DNA of 64,000 nt, from positions 63,704 through 127,703 of IMG/VR virus record IMGVR_UViG_3300046318_000520. One strand, given 5' to 3'. Source of the stretch: a virus. A program made the translations under genes and the position numbers. The notes beneath the pieces are model-generated. The model was not told the DNA's origin and did no database searches. It was given only the letters and a program-made list of their open reading frames with translations. Numbering within the stretch: the first letter of the stretch is position 1; every line of letters starts with the position of its first letter. Shown piece after piece: positions 38,884 through 48,571 of the stretch.

Positions 38884-38888
38884 AGAAA

Positions 38889-39089
38889 CTAAATGTCCAA
38901 ATACTCCACCCCGTCAATCACTTTTACGGGTGGTGCACACATGATCATGTCATGGTTATTTCCCTTTCCAAGCTGCAGATGCAGCTGGTTAGAACGTATT
39001 CCACGTTCTGCTTTCTTTTTGGCATCCACTTGAATAGAATAAACTCGGATGCCGTTAACTGATTTCTGTGTTGAGAAGACAATCTTCAT
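38889..39089 (-). CDS. hypothetical protein
   Basis: 66-aa ORF. Confidence 0.55.
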   Translation of the reverse strand: MKIVFSTQKSVNGIRVYSIQVDAKKKAERGIRSNQLHLQLGKGNNHDMIMCAPPVKVIDGVEYLDI

Positions 39090-39122
39090 GAGAGAATGTA
39101 TTAGCGTGGTTAAAAAACAATG

Positions 39123-39416
39123 TTAGATCTGATAGCCAAATATTAGCCATGCTAAGCATGCACCTGTACCAATGACACAGATGTAGTTCATGATTAACTG
39201 AGCCCTGCGTTGGTCCCTACGTTCTTTAGAATAAGCAGACCAAGAGTAAGTATCCAGTAACATGGCAATTGATGCCACTAAGAACCCTAACATAAGAACT
39301 ACTAAGAAGTCCTTGTCTAAGTGCTTAGAAGGACTAAACATGATGTACAGTCCATAGCACAGGATAACAGATGCTAATACTAGCATGATTTGGGAGATTT
39401 TAGCCGTCATGACCAA
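39123..39416 (-). CDS. membrane protein (3 TM)
   Basis: Three hydrophobic segments. Confidence 0.6.
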   Translation of the reverse strand: MVMTAKISQIMLVLASVILCYGLYIMFSPSKHLDKDFLVVLMLGFLVASIAMLLDTYSWSAYSKERRDQRRAQLIMNYICVIGTGACLAWLIFGYQI

Positions 39417-39593
39417 TCAATTTTGCGGTTAATAAAACTTGTTTGCTTTTCTGACTACGTCATTCCATGACGCTTTACCCCTGCACCCGTATCCGGATGT
39501 TTTGCAGGAGCTGAATAATACAGAGGCAATAAAAACTAAGAGCAGAATTTTCTTCACGGTGTGTAAAGTTTAATTGATGACAAAGAAAAAGGG

Positions 39594-39815
39594 CTATTTC
39601 AAGCCCTGTTCTTTCTTAACACGATGCCACTGATAGAAGAGATCATCCATCTCTTCTTCCAGCTGTTGCCACCTAGTCTTAGACTTTCCTGGTGGAACTT
39701 CATTCCAAACGTCATCACTATAAAACCTGTAGGCTTTATTAATAACTTGAATGACTTCAGCACATTCTTCTGCCAGGGCTAGTGCTGGAATACCCTCATC
39801 TTTATGTAAACCCAT
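39594..39815 (-). CDS. MazG-like protein
   Basis: LAEECAEVIQ...LEEEMDDL. Confidence 0.6.
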   Translation of the reverse strand: MGLHKDEGIPALALAEECAEVIQVINKAYRFYSDDVWNEVPPGKSKTRWQQLEEEMDDLFYQWHRVKKEQGLK

Positions 39816-39820
39816 AATCT

Positions 39821-40075
39821 TTAGTCAAAGTCAAACTCCTCAAACGGATCTTTACCAGACAGTATACACTCCTTAAGAGCCAAAAGGTTCTCAAGAAATG
39901 TTTCTTCATCAGGAGAAGAACAGAGATATGCATCTGTATCCTTACCCTTAACTACCCATTCAACAAGCTCGTGTTTGTCATTAACAACAAGAAGACAGTC
40001 AGATGACACAGCCAGATAGAATGGATAGATGTCATTAACCATTTGGATAACTGGTTTAGTAGTAGTCTTTACCAT
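39821..40075 (-). CDS. hypothetical protein
   Basis: 84-aa ORF. Confidence 0.55.
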   Translation of the reverse strand: MVKTTTKPVIQMVNDIYPFYLAVSSDCLLVVNDKHELVEWVVKGKDTDAYLCSSPDEETFLENLLALKECILSGKDPFEEFDFD

Positions 40076-40102
40076 ATGTAAATGTGATTTAGTGACAAAA
40101 TA

Positions 40103-40218
40103 ATTCCCCTCTGCGTTCAGTTGTACTTTATGGTCACCCCATCAAGTGGGAGTGTGCACACCCGTAGTGTACATTACAACTGCCTGTCCTTGGGAAACAG
40201 GTTATGACGCATTAGAAT
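40103..40218 (-). ncRNA. twister ribozyme (P1 type)
   Basis: AUUC-UAAUGCG...CCUGU-UUCCCAAGG-ACAGG...CGCA-GAGGG-GAAU. Confidence 0.7.
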
Positions 40219-40334
40219 AAAAACATATCTACCCAAGCCCCTGCGGCCCTTGCCGTTGTTCAAGCTGTCCTTATTATGACAGTAGGTTAGTACACACCGT
40301 TTGCAACCGATATGCATTACTTGGGAGATATGTC

Positions 40335-40631
40335 TTATGAACTAAATATTTTGGACCATTCTTCTCTCTCAGCTTTTGTCATAGTCTCTATTTTACAGAA
40401 GAACTGATCACAGTCTACATCACCTTGCCATCCTACATTCCAATGAGAAGAGAACTGCATATAGTCTACACCATCTAAGCGTATAGTGATCCAACTAGTA
40501 GAACCATTCTCGTTATGACTAATCTTATCTCTGTTAGACTCTACTAGGTGAGTATAAAACTCTTCTGATGAAACTTCTATCAAATCTTGATTGAAATGAT
40601 AGTACTTAGCATATAGTTCAGACTTTCTCAT
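40335..40631 (-). CDS. hypothetical protein
   Basis: 98-aa ORF. Confidence 0.6.
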   Translation of the reverse strand: MRKSELYAKYYHFNQDLIEVSSEEFYTHLVESNRDKISHNENGSTSWITIRLDGVDYMQFSSHWNVGWQGDVDCDQFFCKIETMTKAEREEWSKIFSS

Positions 40632-40870
40632 GGTTATAGCTATTTAATCCGCTTGCCAGATGTAATTAGAGCAAGAGGATAATGTTATTAAATATGGTCT
40701 TGTGGTTGTCTAGCACTCACACATTCACACACAACTGCATAGTAATCAATTACTTATATCAGTTATATGAATGCGTTTATGATTAAGGTTGCAGGTACAG
40801 CACTGATTAGAGTAACAAACAGCCTAACTGAAATAGTTAAGCTGTTTGTACACGCTACAAAAGGGAGAGA

Positions 40871-41122
40871 TTATCTCTCCTTTCCCAATTGCAGTGTGGA
40901 ATTACACAACCATAAGGTTCCTTCTAAGGATTCACCGGTCTTGGTCTTGAGGTCAGGACCACCTACAGTGATAAAGCCAGGCTTTTCATCACTATAGCCT
41001 GTGGCCACAAACACAGTGCCGACAGGAGTTCCTACAAACTCACGGCCCTTGCCTTTTACAAACTGCAGACTGTCAATACCAATGAACTTCTTGAATTGAG
41101 AATAAGGCATCATTCCTTTCAT
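40871..41122 (-). CDS. hypothetical protein (first gene of the leftward block)
   Basis: 83-aa ORF followed by a hairpin. Confidence 0.6.
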   Translation of the reverse strand: MKGMMPYSQFKKFIGIDSLQFVKGKGREFVGTPVGTVFVATGYSDEKPGFITVGGPDLKTKTGESLEGTLWLCNSTLQLGKER

Positions 41123-41333
41123 AAAAAAGATTTATAGATTTATTAATGGGGGTACAAGCACCCTATTAGTAAGGAGGGGAGTTGATGATTAGTACTCCCT
41201 CTCATCCTCCAATACACTATGGGGGTAGTTTGTATTTAGATTTATGCCGGGGGTATTTTTATGTAGAGATTAGCCGGGGGCTTTGGAGATATATCCGTAT
41301 ATTATATTGTAGACTAAACTACTACGTCCCCTT

Positions 41334-41984
41334 ATGAAAGAACCAAACAGAGTAAGAAAGACAGAAATTAAGTATACCCTCACACTTAATGAGGAGCAAA
41401 AAGAGGCTAAGAGGCTTATATTAGAAAATCAGATAGTAGTCATCACGGGACGGGCAGGCTGTGGAAAATCCTTAGTCTCTGCACAAACTGCCCTGGACTT
41501 TCTCTTTAAAAAGCAGATAGATCAGATCTTTGTCACCCGTGCCACTATAGAGGTGGGGAACTCCTTGGGCTTTTTGCCCGGGGGTATCAATGACAAGTTC
41601 AATCCGTATTTAGAGGCATTTATGGAGAACCTGGCCAAATGCTATGATAAGAACAAGATAGACCAGCTTATTCAGGACGAGCGTGTCCTGGCCTATCCGG
41701 TGCAGTTCATTCGGGGTAAAACGATAGATGACATTCTCATTGTAGAAGAGGCCCAGAATCTAAGCAAAGCACAGATGCTGGCTATTCTCACCAGGCTTGG
41801 AAAGAACGGTAAGATCATCATAAACGGGGACAACGAGCAAACAGATATACATGATTCTTATAACGGGCTCACCTATGCCATAGACCTGTCTAAGAAAATA
41901 GAGGGTGTAGAATGGATCAAACTAAAAGAGAACCACCGCTCAGACCTGGTGGGCAAGATATTAACATATGAGTATGGATCTTAA
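41334..41984 (+). CDS. phoH: PhoH-family ATPase
   Basis: GRAGCGKS, LGFLPG, FIRGKT, EEAQN, LTRLG, GD..Q.D, HRS. Confidence 0.93.
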   Translation: MKEPNRVRKTEIKYTLTLNEEQKEAKRLILENQIVVITGRAGCGKSLVSAQTALDFLFKKQIDQIFVTRATIEVGNSLGFLPGGINDKFNPYLEAFMENLAKCYDKNKIDQLIQDERVLAYPVQFIRGKTIDDILIVEEAQNLSKAQMLAILTRLGKNGKIIINGDNEQTDIHDSYNGLTYAIDLSKKIEGVEWIKLKENHRSDLVGKILTYEYGS

Positions 41985-42144
41985 AGAGTAGCTTTGCTAT
42001 AATAGGCAACTGACTATTTACTCACTCACATAATTATTTATTTCTGGTTACTTACACACCGGGAAAAAATATACATACGGCTTTTGTCAGGTTCAAATTG
42101 CTTAAGAGGTTTTCTTTGCTAACTCTTAAAAACCTTGTAGAACT

Positions 42145-42519
42145 ATGGTGAGTGCATATATTATGAACCTTGGCGTCCAACTTTGGGGTAAGAAATGGAG
42201 ATCAGTTATTTTATGGAGCCTGCGTGACGGACCCCTGAGATTCTCTGAGATAAAGCTTGAACTACCCGGATGCTCAGTAAAAGTGCTTTCTGAAGCACTC
42301 AGTGAGCTGGAAGGAAATCAGCTAATCATCAGGACACAGTATAACACTATACCGGTCAGGGTGACCTATCATTTGCATGAAGACACTATGCCAATTATCG
42401 TTGCTCATCGTACCTACAGGAAATTCCTGGCCACCTTTTTACTTGCCCGTACAGAGCAATATAAACTTTCCGAAGAGGTAACTAGAGAACTAAAAGAAAT
42501 GTTAGTTTCCCCTAAGTAA
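42145..42519 (+). CDS. HxlR-family winged-helix regulator
   Basis: KKWRSVIL...RFSEIK...SVKVLSEALSELE...PVRVTY. Confidence 0.85.
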   Translation: MVSAYIMNLGVQLWGKKWRSVILWSLRDGPLRFSEIKLELPGCSVKVLSEALSELEGNQLIIRTQYNTIPVRVTYHLHEDTMPIIVAHRTYRKFLATFLLARTEQYKLSEEVTRELKEMLVSPK

Positions 42520-42547
42520 CATACTACCCTAAAAATTATAATAACAA

Positions 42548-42580
42548 TGCCGCTCACACTAAATGAGCGGCTTTTTTGTT
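42548..42580 (+). terminator. intrinsic terminator
   Basis: GCCGCTCA/TGAGCGGC followed by a T-tract. Confidence 0.8.
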
Positions 42581-42696
42581 TTATGCTATCCACAATACGT
42601 GGATAATATGTAGAGGTTGACTACAATATATAGATTAAATTTGTAGAGTTTAAACTTATTTAGTATATTATAGTGTAGAACAACATCATTATCCCT

Positions 42697-42897
42697 ATGG
42701 CAAAAGTACATGCTAGTTCCCATTACAGAGAGACCACCAACCGCTTCGGTGAAAAAATCATGATACCTGTTGTCAACGTAACAGACGGTATGGCTGAGCG
42801 TGCCCTGGGTATGCAGATGATCAAGGCTACCAACCGCAGCAAGTATATCACCTACAATGAATATCACGTCTCTGCTAAAAAGAAAACCAACATATGA
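42697..42897 (+). CDS. hypothetical protein
   Basis: Follows the promoter motif at 42663. Confidence 0.6.
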   Translation: MAKVHASSHYRETTNRFGEKIMIPVVNVTDGMAERALGMQMIKATNRSKYITYNEYHVSAKKKTNI

Positions 42898-43187
42898 TGA
42901 CTACACATAGCTGCAAACTTCATTGCCATACAATGGATCCGGATAAACTGGAACTGATGGGATTGGAAGACCAGGGTAAGTGGATGCCCTTTACATTTCA
43001 TATGGATATTGTCATAGCCTGTAAATTAACCAGTGATGAGGAAGATATGAATATAGTCAACTGCACCACCATATTTACAGATGGCGGAGACGCTTATATT
43101 ATAGACACTCCGTACAAAGAGTTTCATCAAATGTTTAAAGATTATCACAACCCGGTTGCTGCTTCAACAGAAGAAGCTGACTTGTAA
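42894..43187 (+). CDS. hypothetical protein
   Basis: ATGA-coupled ORF. Confidence 0.65.
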   Translation: MMTTHSCKLHCHTMDPDKLELMGLEDQGKWMPFTFHMDIVIACKLTSDEEDMNIVNCTTIFTDGGDAYIIDTPYKEFHQMFKDYHNPVAASTEEADL

Positions 43188-43198
43188 AACCAAATAAT

Positions 43199-43543
43199 AT
43201 GCCAGAAACAACACAAGAAGAAAAAAACATTCCAACCAAAGAAGAAATCATTTCTTTTTTGAAAGAGCAAATTGAGGTCAAAGAACTTCAGTTTAGACTT
43301 CAGGAGCTAAATGCCAACCTGGCTTCAGCCCGTGCAGAGGAACTAAAAGCTTTGTCTTTTATTTCTCAAATGACCACCCAGCAACCCACCGGTAAAGAAT
43401 ACGAAGGTGGTCAACCTCACACCATCACCGAAGAAGATCTTGCAAACAACCCTGAATTGGTTGAACAAGGTTTAAAAGTGGGAGATGATGTAATTATTCC
43501 AGCTGCAGAACAACCAAAGCGTTCCCTCAAGAAAGGTAAATAA
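43199..43543 (+). CDS. hypothetical protein
   Basis: Coiled coil; C-terminal ANNPEL...GLKVGD (LysM-like fragment). Confidence 0.65.
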   Translation: MPETTQEEKNIPTKEEIISFLKEQIEVKELQFRLQELNANLASARAEELKALSFISQMTTQQPTGKEYEGGQPHTITEEDLANNPELVEQGLKVGDDVIIPAAEQPKRSLKKGK

Positions 43544-43546
43544 ATC

Positions 43547-43978
43547 ATGACTACGCTCTACAAGCTTAAAGATTACACGCACACTTTCAAGTTTGAAAAG
43601 GATCATCCAAAGGAGCTTCGGTGGGATGACAAATACAAAATGTACATGCTTACCCAGCATGATCGGTGCCAGGGTATTTGGTTAAAAGATAAGGAGCAGC
43701 TTGTAGCTGAGTTGATAGTGAGCTGGGAAAGTGATAGTGTATTGCACGGTGACAGCATAACGGTGCTCTCTGAATACAGGAGAAACGGATTAGCCACCAA
43801 GCTTGTAGACGAAATGATTGTATGGGCAGGTAATATGGGATTTGAATGGTTTACAGGAGAGGCAAGAAAAGGTAGTTCCTGGAACGTATTTGAAAACATG
43901 GGTGCTGAGCCTCTTTTTACACATAAGAACTGGCAAAAAACAAAAGAAGATTATATGTTTTTTAAAATGAAGATTTAA
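43547..43978 (+). CDS. GNAT acetyltransferase
   Basis: VLSEYRRNGLATKL acetyl-CoA motif; FENMG. Confidence 0.8.
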   Translation: MTTLYKLKDYTHTFKFEKDHPKELRWDDKYKMYMLTQHDRCQGIWLKDKEQLVAELIVSWESDSVLHGDSITVLSEYRRNGLATKLVDEMIVWAGNMGFEWFTGEARKGSSWNVFENMGAEPLFTHKNWQKTKEDYMFFKMKI

Positions 43979-44349
43979 TGGCTTTAGTAAACCAAGTTGA
44001 TAAAAGAGTGAAGATGTCACAGTGGGAAATTGTAAAATTTCAGTTGTTAACCCACTGCTATTTGTATAAAATAACGGTGAGTGAAAATGACCTGGACTGC
44101 CTCACTCTTCTTGCCATTGAAGGGGAAGCTGAACTTACTAGTTTCTGTTCTAAAGCCTTTGACCTGAACATTTTTTCTTCCATTCAGACAGTGAGAAACT
44201 GCCTGACTAAAGTGGCCAAAAAAAATCTTATTAAAAAAGAAGGTAAAAACAAGAAAAAGATATACCTCAATCCGGAACTCAAGGTGCATTCACAGGGAAA
44301 TATACTGCTGGATTTTAAATTTCTGAGTATTGAAACCCCTAAAGGCTAA
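43978..44349 (+). CDS. winged-helix-like hypothetical protein
   Basis: SIQTVRNCLTK...LIKK...IYLNP. Confidence 0.55.
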   Translation: MALVNQVDKRVKMSQWEIVKFQLLTHCYLYKITVSENDLDCLTLLAIEGEAELTSFCSKAFDLNIFSSIQTVRNCLTKVAKKNLIKKEGKNKKKIYLNPELKVHSQGNILLDFKFLSIETPKG

Positions 44350-44761
44350 AGAGCTCATACCGGTAGTTTGTGATAAAACGGATATTCCTGCCGATGCAGT
44401 GAAAGCCATTGTTGATTTTTACTGGCAGGAAGTGAGAAACAGTATATCAAGTTTAAAACACCAGCGCATTCATTTGACCAACCTGGGTGATTTTACGATT
44501 AAACATTGGAAACTAGATGAGCGGATAAAACATATAGAACTCTTTGATGAAAAAAATAAACAAAAAGGATTACAGCTTATAAATGCGCGGTTCAAAACAG
44601 CAGAGACCTTATATGATCTAAGGGCTGTTAAAAAGCAAATAGCTGAAGAGCAGCAAAGAGCCGACTTTATCAAGCATTATAAAAAAACGCTGAATGAAAC
44701 TAAACAGCATCATACAGATCTGGAAGCACAAGGGTCAGATCATGGAGGGGATAACGAATAA
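44330..44761 (+). CDS. HU/IHF-like DNA-binding protein
   Basis: KELI...AVKAIVDF...IHLTNLGDF. Confidence 0.6.
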   Translation: MKPLKAKELIPVVCDKTDIPADAVKAIVDFYWQEVRNSISSLKHQRIHLTNLGDFTIKHWKLDERIKHIELFDEKNKQKGLQLINARFKTAETLYDLRAVKKQIAEEQQRADFIKHYKKTLNETKQHHTDLEAQGSDHGGDNE

Positions 44762-45020
44762 CATCTTTAAAAGAGAAGATGTGGAACGTGTTGCGGATGC
44801 CCGCATGGAAATCTGTACAAACTGTCCTATATATGACGCAAGTGGAGTGGGATGTATGGTGCTTGGAACACACCCCTGCTGTAACCAGGACAAAGGAGGA
44901 TGTGGATGCTCTCTAACTTTTAAAACACGATCTCTGTCTTCATCATGCCCTATGGGCCGCTGGGAAGCAGAGATGACTCAGGAAGAAGAAGATAAATTAA
45001 ACGAAAAGCTCGGTATTTAA
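44694..45020 (+). CDS. Cys-rich protein
   Basis: RMEICTNCP...CGC...KTR....CPMGRW. Confidence 0.7.
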   Translation: MKLNSIIQIWKHKGQIMEGITNNIFKREDVERVADARMEICTNCPIYDASGVGCMVLGTHPCCNQDKGGCGCSLTFKTRSLSSSCPMGRWEAEMTQEEEDKLNEKLGI

Positions 45021-45023
45021 TCC

Positions 45024-45416
45024 ATGCCTAAGAAAATCAGGAGTGTACAGGACAACGTTTGTTTGTCCATCGTGCACTCCGTAACTAAACAAAAAACTGT
45101 ATACCAAAAACTGAGCGGGGGAGAGTCCTTCCCTGAGCAGAAGGAGGTGCTCATTAAACAACTACATGTAAACAAGTGGTTCAAAAAAGACGGAATCACT
45201 AGTGTTGAAGAGTATGTCACCGCAAAAAACACCATAGCAAAGAACAGGTCTATTGTCTTTGACAAATATTCCGGAAGGTTCTATGCTACCTACCATTCAG
45301 CCAGTGATGTTATGAATAGCATCACGGGTCCAAATGTTAACCAAATCGGATTCAGACATGATACTCAGATTCACACCACACGACCACAAGTATACAAGCA
45401 TAAAGGAGGAAGATAA
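45024..45416 (+). CDS. hypothetical protein
   Basis: 130-aa ORF. Confidence 0.6.
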   Translation: MPKKIRSVQDNVCLSIVHSVTKQKTVYQKLSGGESFPEQKEVLIKQLHVNKWFKKDGITSVEEYVTAKNTIAKNRSIVFDKYSGRFYATYHSASDVMNSITGPNVNQIGFRHDTQIHTTRPQVYKHKGGR

Positions 45417-46194
45417 ACAAGACTGGATCAGTGCCACCACTTTTATCGGAAACTTTAAGCAGCCCTTTGAAGCAGACAAGATAGCAGAAAAATGCTCCCG
45501 CACCAAGAAAAGCAAATGGTACGGACTTACACCGGAAGAAATAAAAACCGCCTGGAAATCTGAAGCCAAGCGTGCCACTGACCTGGGCACCTGGTACCAC
45601 AACCAAAGGGAATCCGATCTGTGTTCCCTACAAACCATAGAACGTAGCGGAGTTACTGTTCCCATCTTTAAGCCCCAGGAAATAGAAGGTGTAAAATATT
45701 CTCCCAACCAACGACTTGTTAACGGGGTCTACCCGGAACACATGGTGTATTTGAGATCGGCAGGTATATGTGGCCAGTCAGATCTTGTTGAAGTGATTGA
45801 CGGAGAGGTACACATCACAGATTACAAAACCAACAAGGAAATAAAGTCATCGGGCTTTACCAACTGGGAAGGTGTTACTACCAAGATGTACAATCCTGTG
45901 AGCCATTTAGATGATTGCAACCTCAGTCATTATTCATTGCAGCTGAGCCTGTACATGTTTATGATTTTAAAGCATAATCCCAAACTAAAGCCAGGTACAC
46001 TTACCATTCACCACATCACTTTTGAGGAACTGGGAAAGGATACGTTTGGCAATCCCATCAGTGCACGGGACAGTAACGGAGATCCTATTGTAACGGACAT
46101 CATTCCCTACGATCTGCCTTATCTGAAATCTGAAATAATATCATTGTTGCACTGGCTGGAAGACAACCGTCATAAAATAAAAGCAAAGAGTTGA
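45358..46194 (+). CDS. PD-(D/E)XK exonuclease
   Basis: SATT, GTWYH, CGQSDL...DYKTN, YSLQLSLY. Confidence 0.85.
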   Translation: MILRFTPHDHKYTSIKEEDKQDWISATTFIGNFKQPFEADKIAEKCSRTKKSKWYGLTPEEIKTAWKSEAKRATDLGTWYHNQRESDLCSLQTIERSGVTVPIFKPQEIEGVKYSPNQRLVNGVYPEHMVYLRSAGICGQSDLVEVIDGEVHITDYKTNKEIKSSGFTNWEGVTTKMYNPVSHLDDCNLSHYSLQLSLYMFMILKHNPKLKPGTLTIHHITFEELGKDTFGNPISARDSNGDPIVTDIIPYDLPYLKSEIISLLHWLEDNRHKIKAKS

Positions 46195-46871
46195 GGGTAG
46201 TGTTTGACCATATTAATGGCTTTGGAAAAGTAAGTGACCAGGATTTTATCTACTCTCAACCTCATGGTGTGCTTGAGCCTGGAGAAACTCCGGAAGAAGC
46301 TTTGGAGCAGGGGTGGATACCCTGGGATGGAGATTGGTATAATCTGAGATCTGTACGCATAGACGTGTCTGAGTACAAACCGCACAAAACTACCCGTAGA
46401 CTAGCTAAAAAAGTGACAGCTCTGCACCAGGAGTTTAAAGATAGTCCCGAACTGCGTGATTTGTATCAAAAGTATTGTGACTATCGTGGTTATAAACGTA
46501 CGATTACATGGGAGCAGTTGTTTACAGGACACATGATAGGCTACTATATTGATGGAGAGATCAAGGCTTATTCTACCGTAGAGCATTTTCATAGTGTGAT
46601 GGTAGCTACACAATTTGTATGGGATTACAAAGAACCAGAGCTTTCTTTAGGTAAGGTGGCACAGATGTACGAGTGTGTTCTAGCAGCTTCTTCTAGTTAC
46701 ACCCATGTTTACATACTTGGCGGATACGAAAAGTGCTGCATGTATAAGTCAGACTTCTATGGGTTTGAGTGGTGGACCGGAACCGAGTGGAACAAAGACA
46801 AAGAATTGTACAAAAAGCTTTGCCTCCGGGATGAAGCTGCAATAGTTACCTATGATGACAATGATTTATGA
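46191..46871 (+). CDS. ATE/Bpt-like aminoacyl-tRNA-protein transferase
   Basis: LEQGW...VRIDVSEYKPHKTTRR...LYQKY...LSLGKVAQMYE...VYILG...MYKSDF follows the ATE_N/ATE_C pattern. Confidence 0.75.
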   Translation: MRVVFDHINGFGKVSDQDFIYSQPHGVLEPGETPEEALEQGWIPWDGDWYNLRSVRIDVSEYKPHKTTRRLAKKVTALHQEFKDSPELRDLYQKYCDYRGYKRTITWEQLFTGHMIGYYIDGEIKAYSTVEHFHSVMVATQFVWDYKEPELSLGKVAQMYECVLAASSSYTHVYILGGYEKCCMYKSDFYGFEWWTGTEWNKDKELYKKLCLRDEAAIVTYDDNDL

Positions 46872-47064
46872 GCCAACTAACAGAGTGGAGGTTAGCACAC
46901 CCAAAGGAAACGGCATTGTATGGTTGGTAACAGACTACGGACATGAAACAGATACGATTTACACAGTGATTATAGATGAGTCAGGAGAGTTTTGGCAGTT
47001 TACACACCGAGACATCAGGGCTAAAAAGAACATAACATTTCAAAGACATGGTAAGACTATTTGA
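46852..47064 (+). CDS. hypothetical protein
   Basis: TPKG...DYG...GEFW motif. Confidence 0.65.
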   Translation: MMTMIYEPTNRVEVSTPKGNGIVWLVTDYGHETDTIYTVIIDESGEFWQFTHRDIRAKKNITFQRHGKTI

Positions 47065-47560
47065 TATACAGAATGGTAAGGTGATACCCTCGGAGCACTG
47101 CTACACTTTGAGCACACTCAAAGCTGTCATGGATGAATATGAAGATGAGGCTCCTAAAATATATGCCTACATATTCTACATGACCTGCCCTAATCCCGAT
47201 CTAAATCCCTTTTTTGATGTACCAGAATCTGAAAAAGAAGAGCTTATTCTCAGAGAAGTTGATGCTGACTTTTCAACTGATGACACTGTTATTGATGACG
47301 CTATCAAGCTGTGCCAGAAAATGTACCAGACATCAACGTACCGGGCTTATATGGGTATCAAGACGATGCTGGACCGGCTTGCTAAGTATATGGAGACAAC
47401 AGAGATTGAGCACGGAAGAGATGGAAACATTACTGCTCTGGTCAACGCTGCTGCCAAGTTTGAAGCTATACGCCAATCGTTTAAGGGAACTCTAAGGGAC
47501 CTTGAAGAAGAGCAACAATCACAAGTTAGAGGTGGACAAAATTTAGCATACGATCAATAA
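47048..47560 (+). CDS. conserved hypothetical protein (candidate small terminase)
   Basis: Helical protein upstream of terL; function inferred from position. Confidence 0.45.
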   Translation: MVRLFDIQNGKVIPSEHCYTLSTLKAVMDEYEDEAPKIYAYIFYMTCPNPDLNPFFDVPESEKEELILREVDADFSTDDTVIDDAIKLCQKMYQTSTYRAYMGIKTMLDRLAKYMETTEIEHGRDGNITALVNAAAKFEAIRQSFKGTLRDLEEEQQSQVRGGQNLAYDQ

Positions 47561-47566
47561 AATATT

Positions 47567-48214
47567 ATGCAGACAACAATTAATCCCTACAAGGAATACA
47601 AACAGAGACTTAACAGCATGTTAGAAAAAGCCATCAAGATAAAAATACCTGATGCTGAGTATGACATAATAAAAGACTTTGCCGAGCAATGGAAAGTTGA
47701 AAAGATAAAAGCAGGTGTTCATTACACTATAGACCAGAACTACATGACCTCAAGAAGTCTTACAGGGCATGCCGGTCAGATTGCTTTGGAACATCATCTT
47801 AATGTGAAGTTCACAGACCTGGATCCAACGTTTGGTTATGAAAAAAATCTACCGGATCTATCACCCGTTGGCCTGCGTGTCGGTATAAAAACACACCGCT
47901 TTGATAATCCTCCGTTGCTGAACTACCTACCTGTTAGTGTTTATGAAAAAATGGATGAGCAGACACAAAAGAAACACTACTACCCACAGATCATTTTATC
48001 AAGGGATCCTAATTGCGCCAAGACCTTTTATATCCTGGGAGTTTATTCAGTGAATATTCTCTGGCACCCTGACTACACAGAAAAAGGTTTGATCTATGAT
48101 GAGAACCTGGCAAACCGTGGTACTAAAATTCCTTTTATAGGACTACACAGAGGGCATGTGTTTAACAGTTTGGAAGAACTTAAAAATATCGTTGGTCCCA
48201 AATGGACCATTTAA
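47567..48214 (+). CDS. putative PD-(D/E)XK-fold protein
   Basis: G..GQ.A...PDL....VGIKT. Confidence 0.45.
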   Translation: MQTTINPYKEYKQRLNSMLEKAIKIKIPDAEYDIIKDFAEQWKVEKIKAGVHYTIDQNYMTSRSLTGHAGQIALEHHLNVKFTDLDPTFGYEKNLPDLSPVGLRVGIKTHRFDNPPLLNYLPVSVYEKMDEQTQKKHYYPQIILSRDPNCAKTFYILGVYSVNILWHPDYTEKGLIYDENLANRGTKIPFIGLHRGHVFNSLEELKNIVGPKWTI

Positions 48215-48217
48215 AAT

Positions 48218-48571
48218 ATGATCAATAACCTATACACCTACAAAGCCACTGTCAACCGGATAATTGACGGGGACACAGCAGAACTGACCATTGACCTGGG
48301 ATTCACCGTAAAGTGGAAATCCACTTGCAGGTTCTATGGTATAAACACACCTGAATTAAAAAGCAGAGATGTAGCCGTCAGAGATAAAGCCAAAGATGCC
48401 AGGCTATATGTAAGCACACAATTAATAACAGGACTGGAAGTGATGATTGTTTCCCGTATGCTGGATAAATATGGCAGGCCACTGGTGGATATTTACTACG
48501 GAAAAGATTTTACAAATCATATTAACCAGGAGCTTGTTGACAAGCAACTGGCTGTGACATATTTATTGTAA
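48218..48571 (+). CDS. thermonuclease (SNase) family protein
   Basis: IIDGDT...GINTPE...DKYGRPL. Confidence 0.88.
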   Translation: MINNLYTYKATVNRIIDGDTAELTIDLGFTVKWKSTCRFYGINTPELKSRDVAVRDKAKDARLYVSTQLITGLEVMIVSRMLDKYGRPLVDIYYGKDFTNHINQELVDKQLAVTYLL

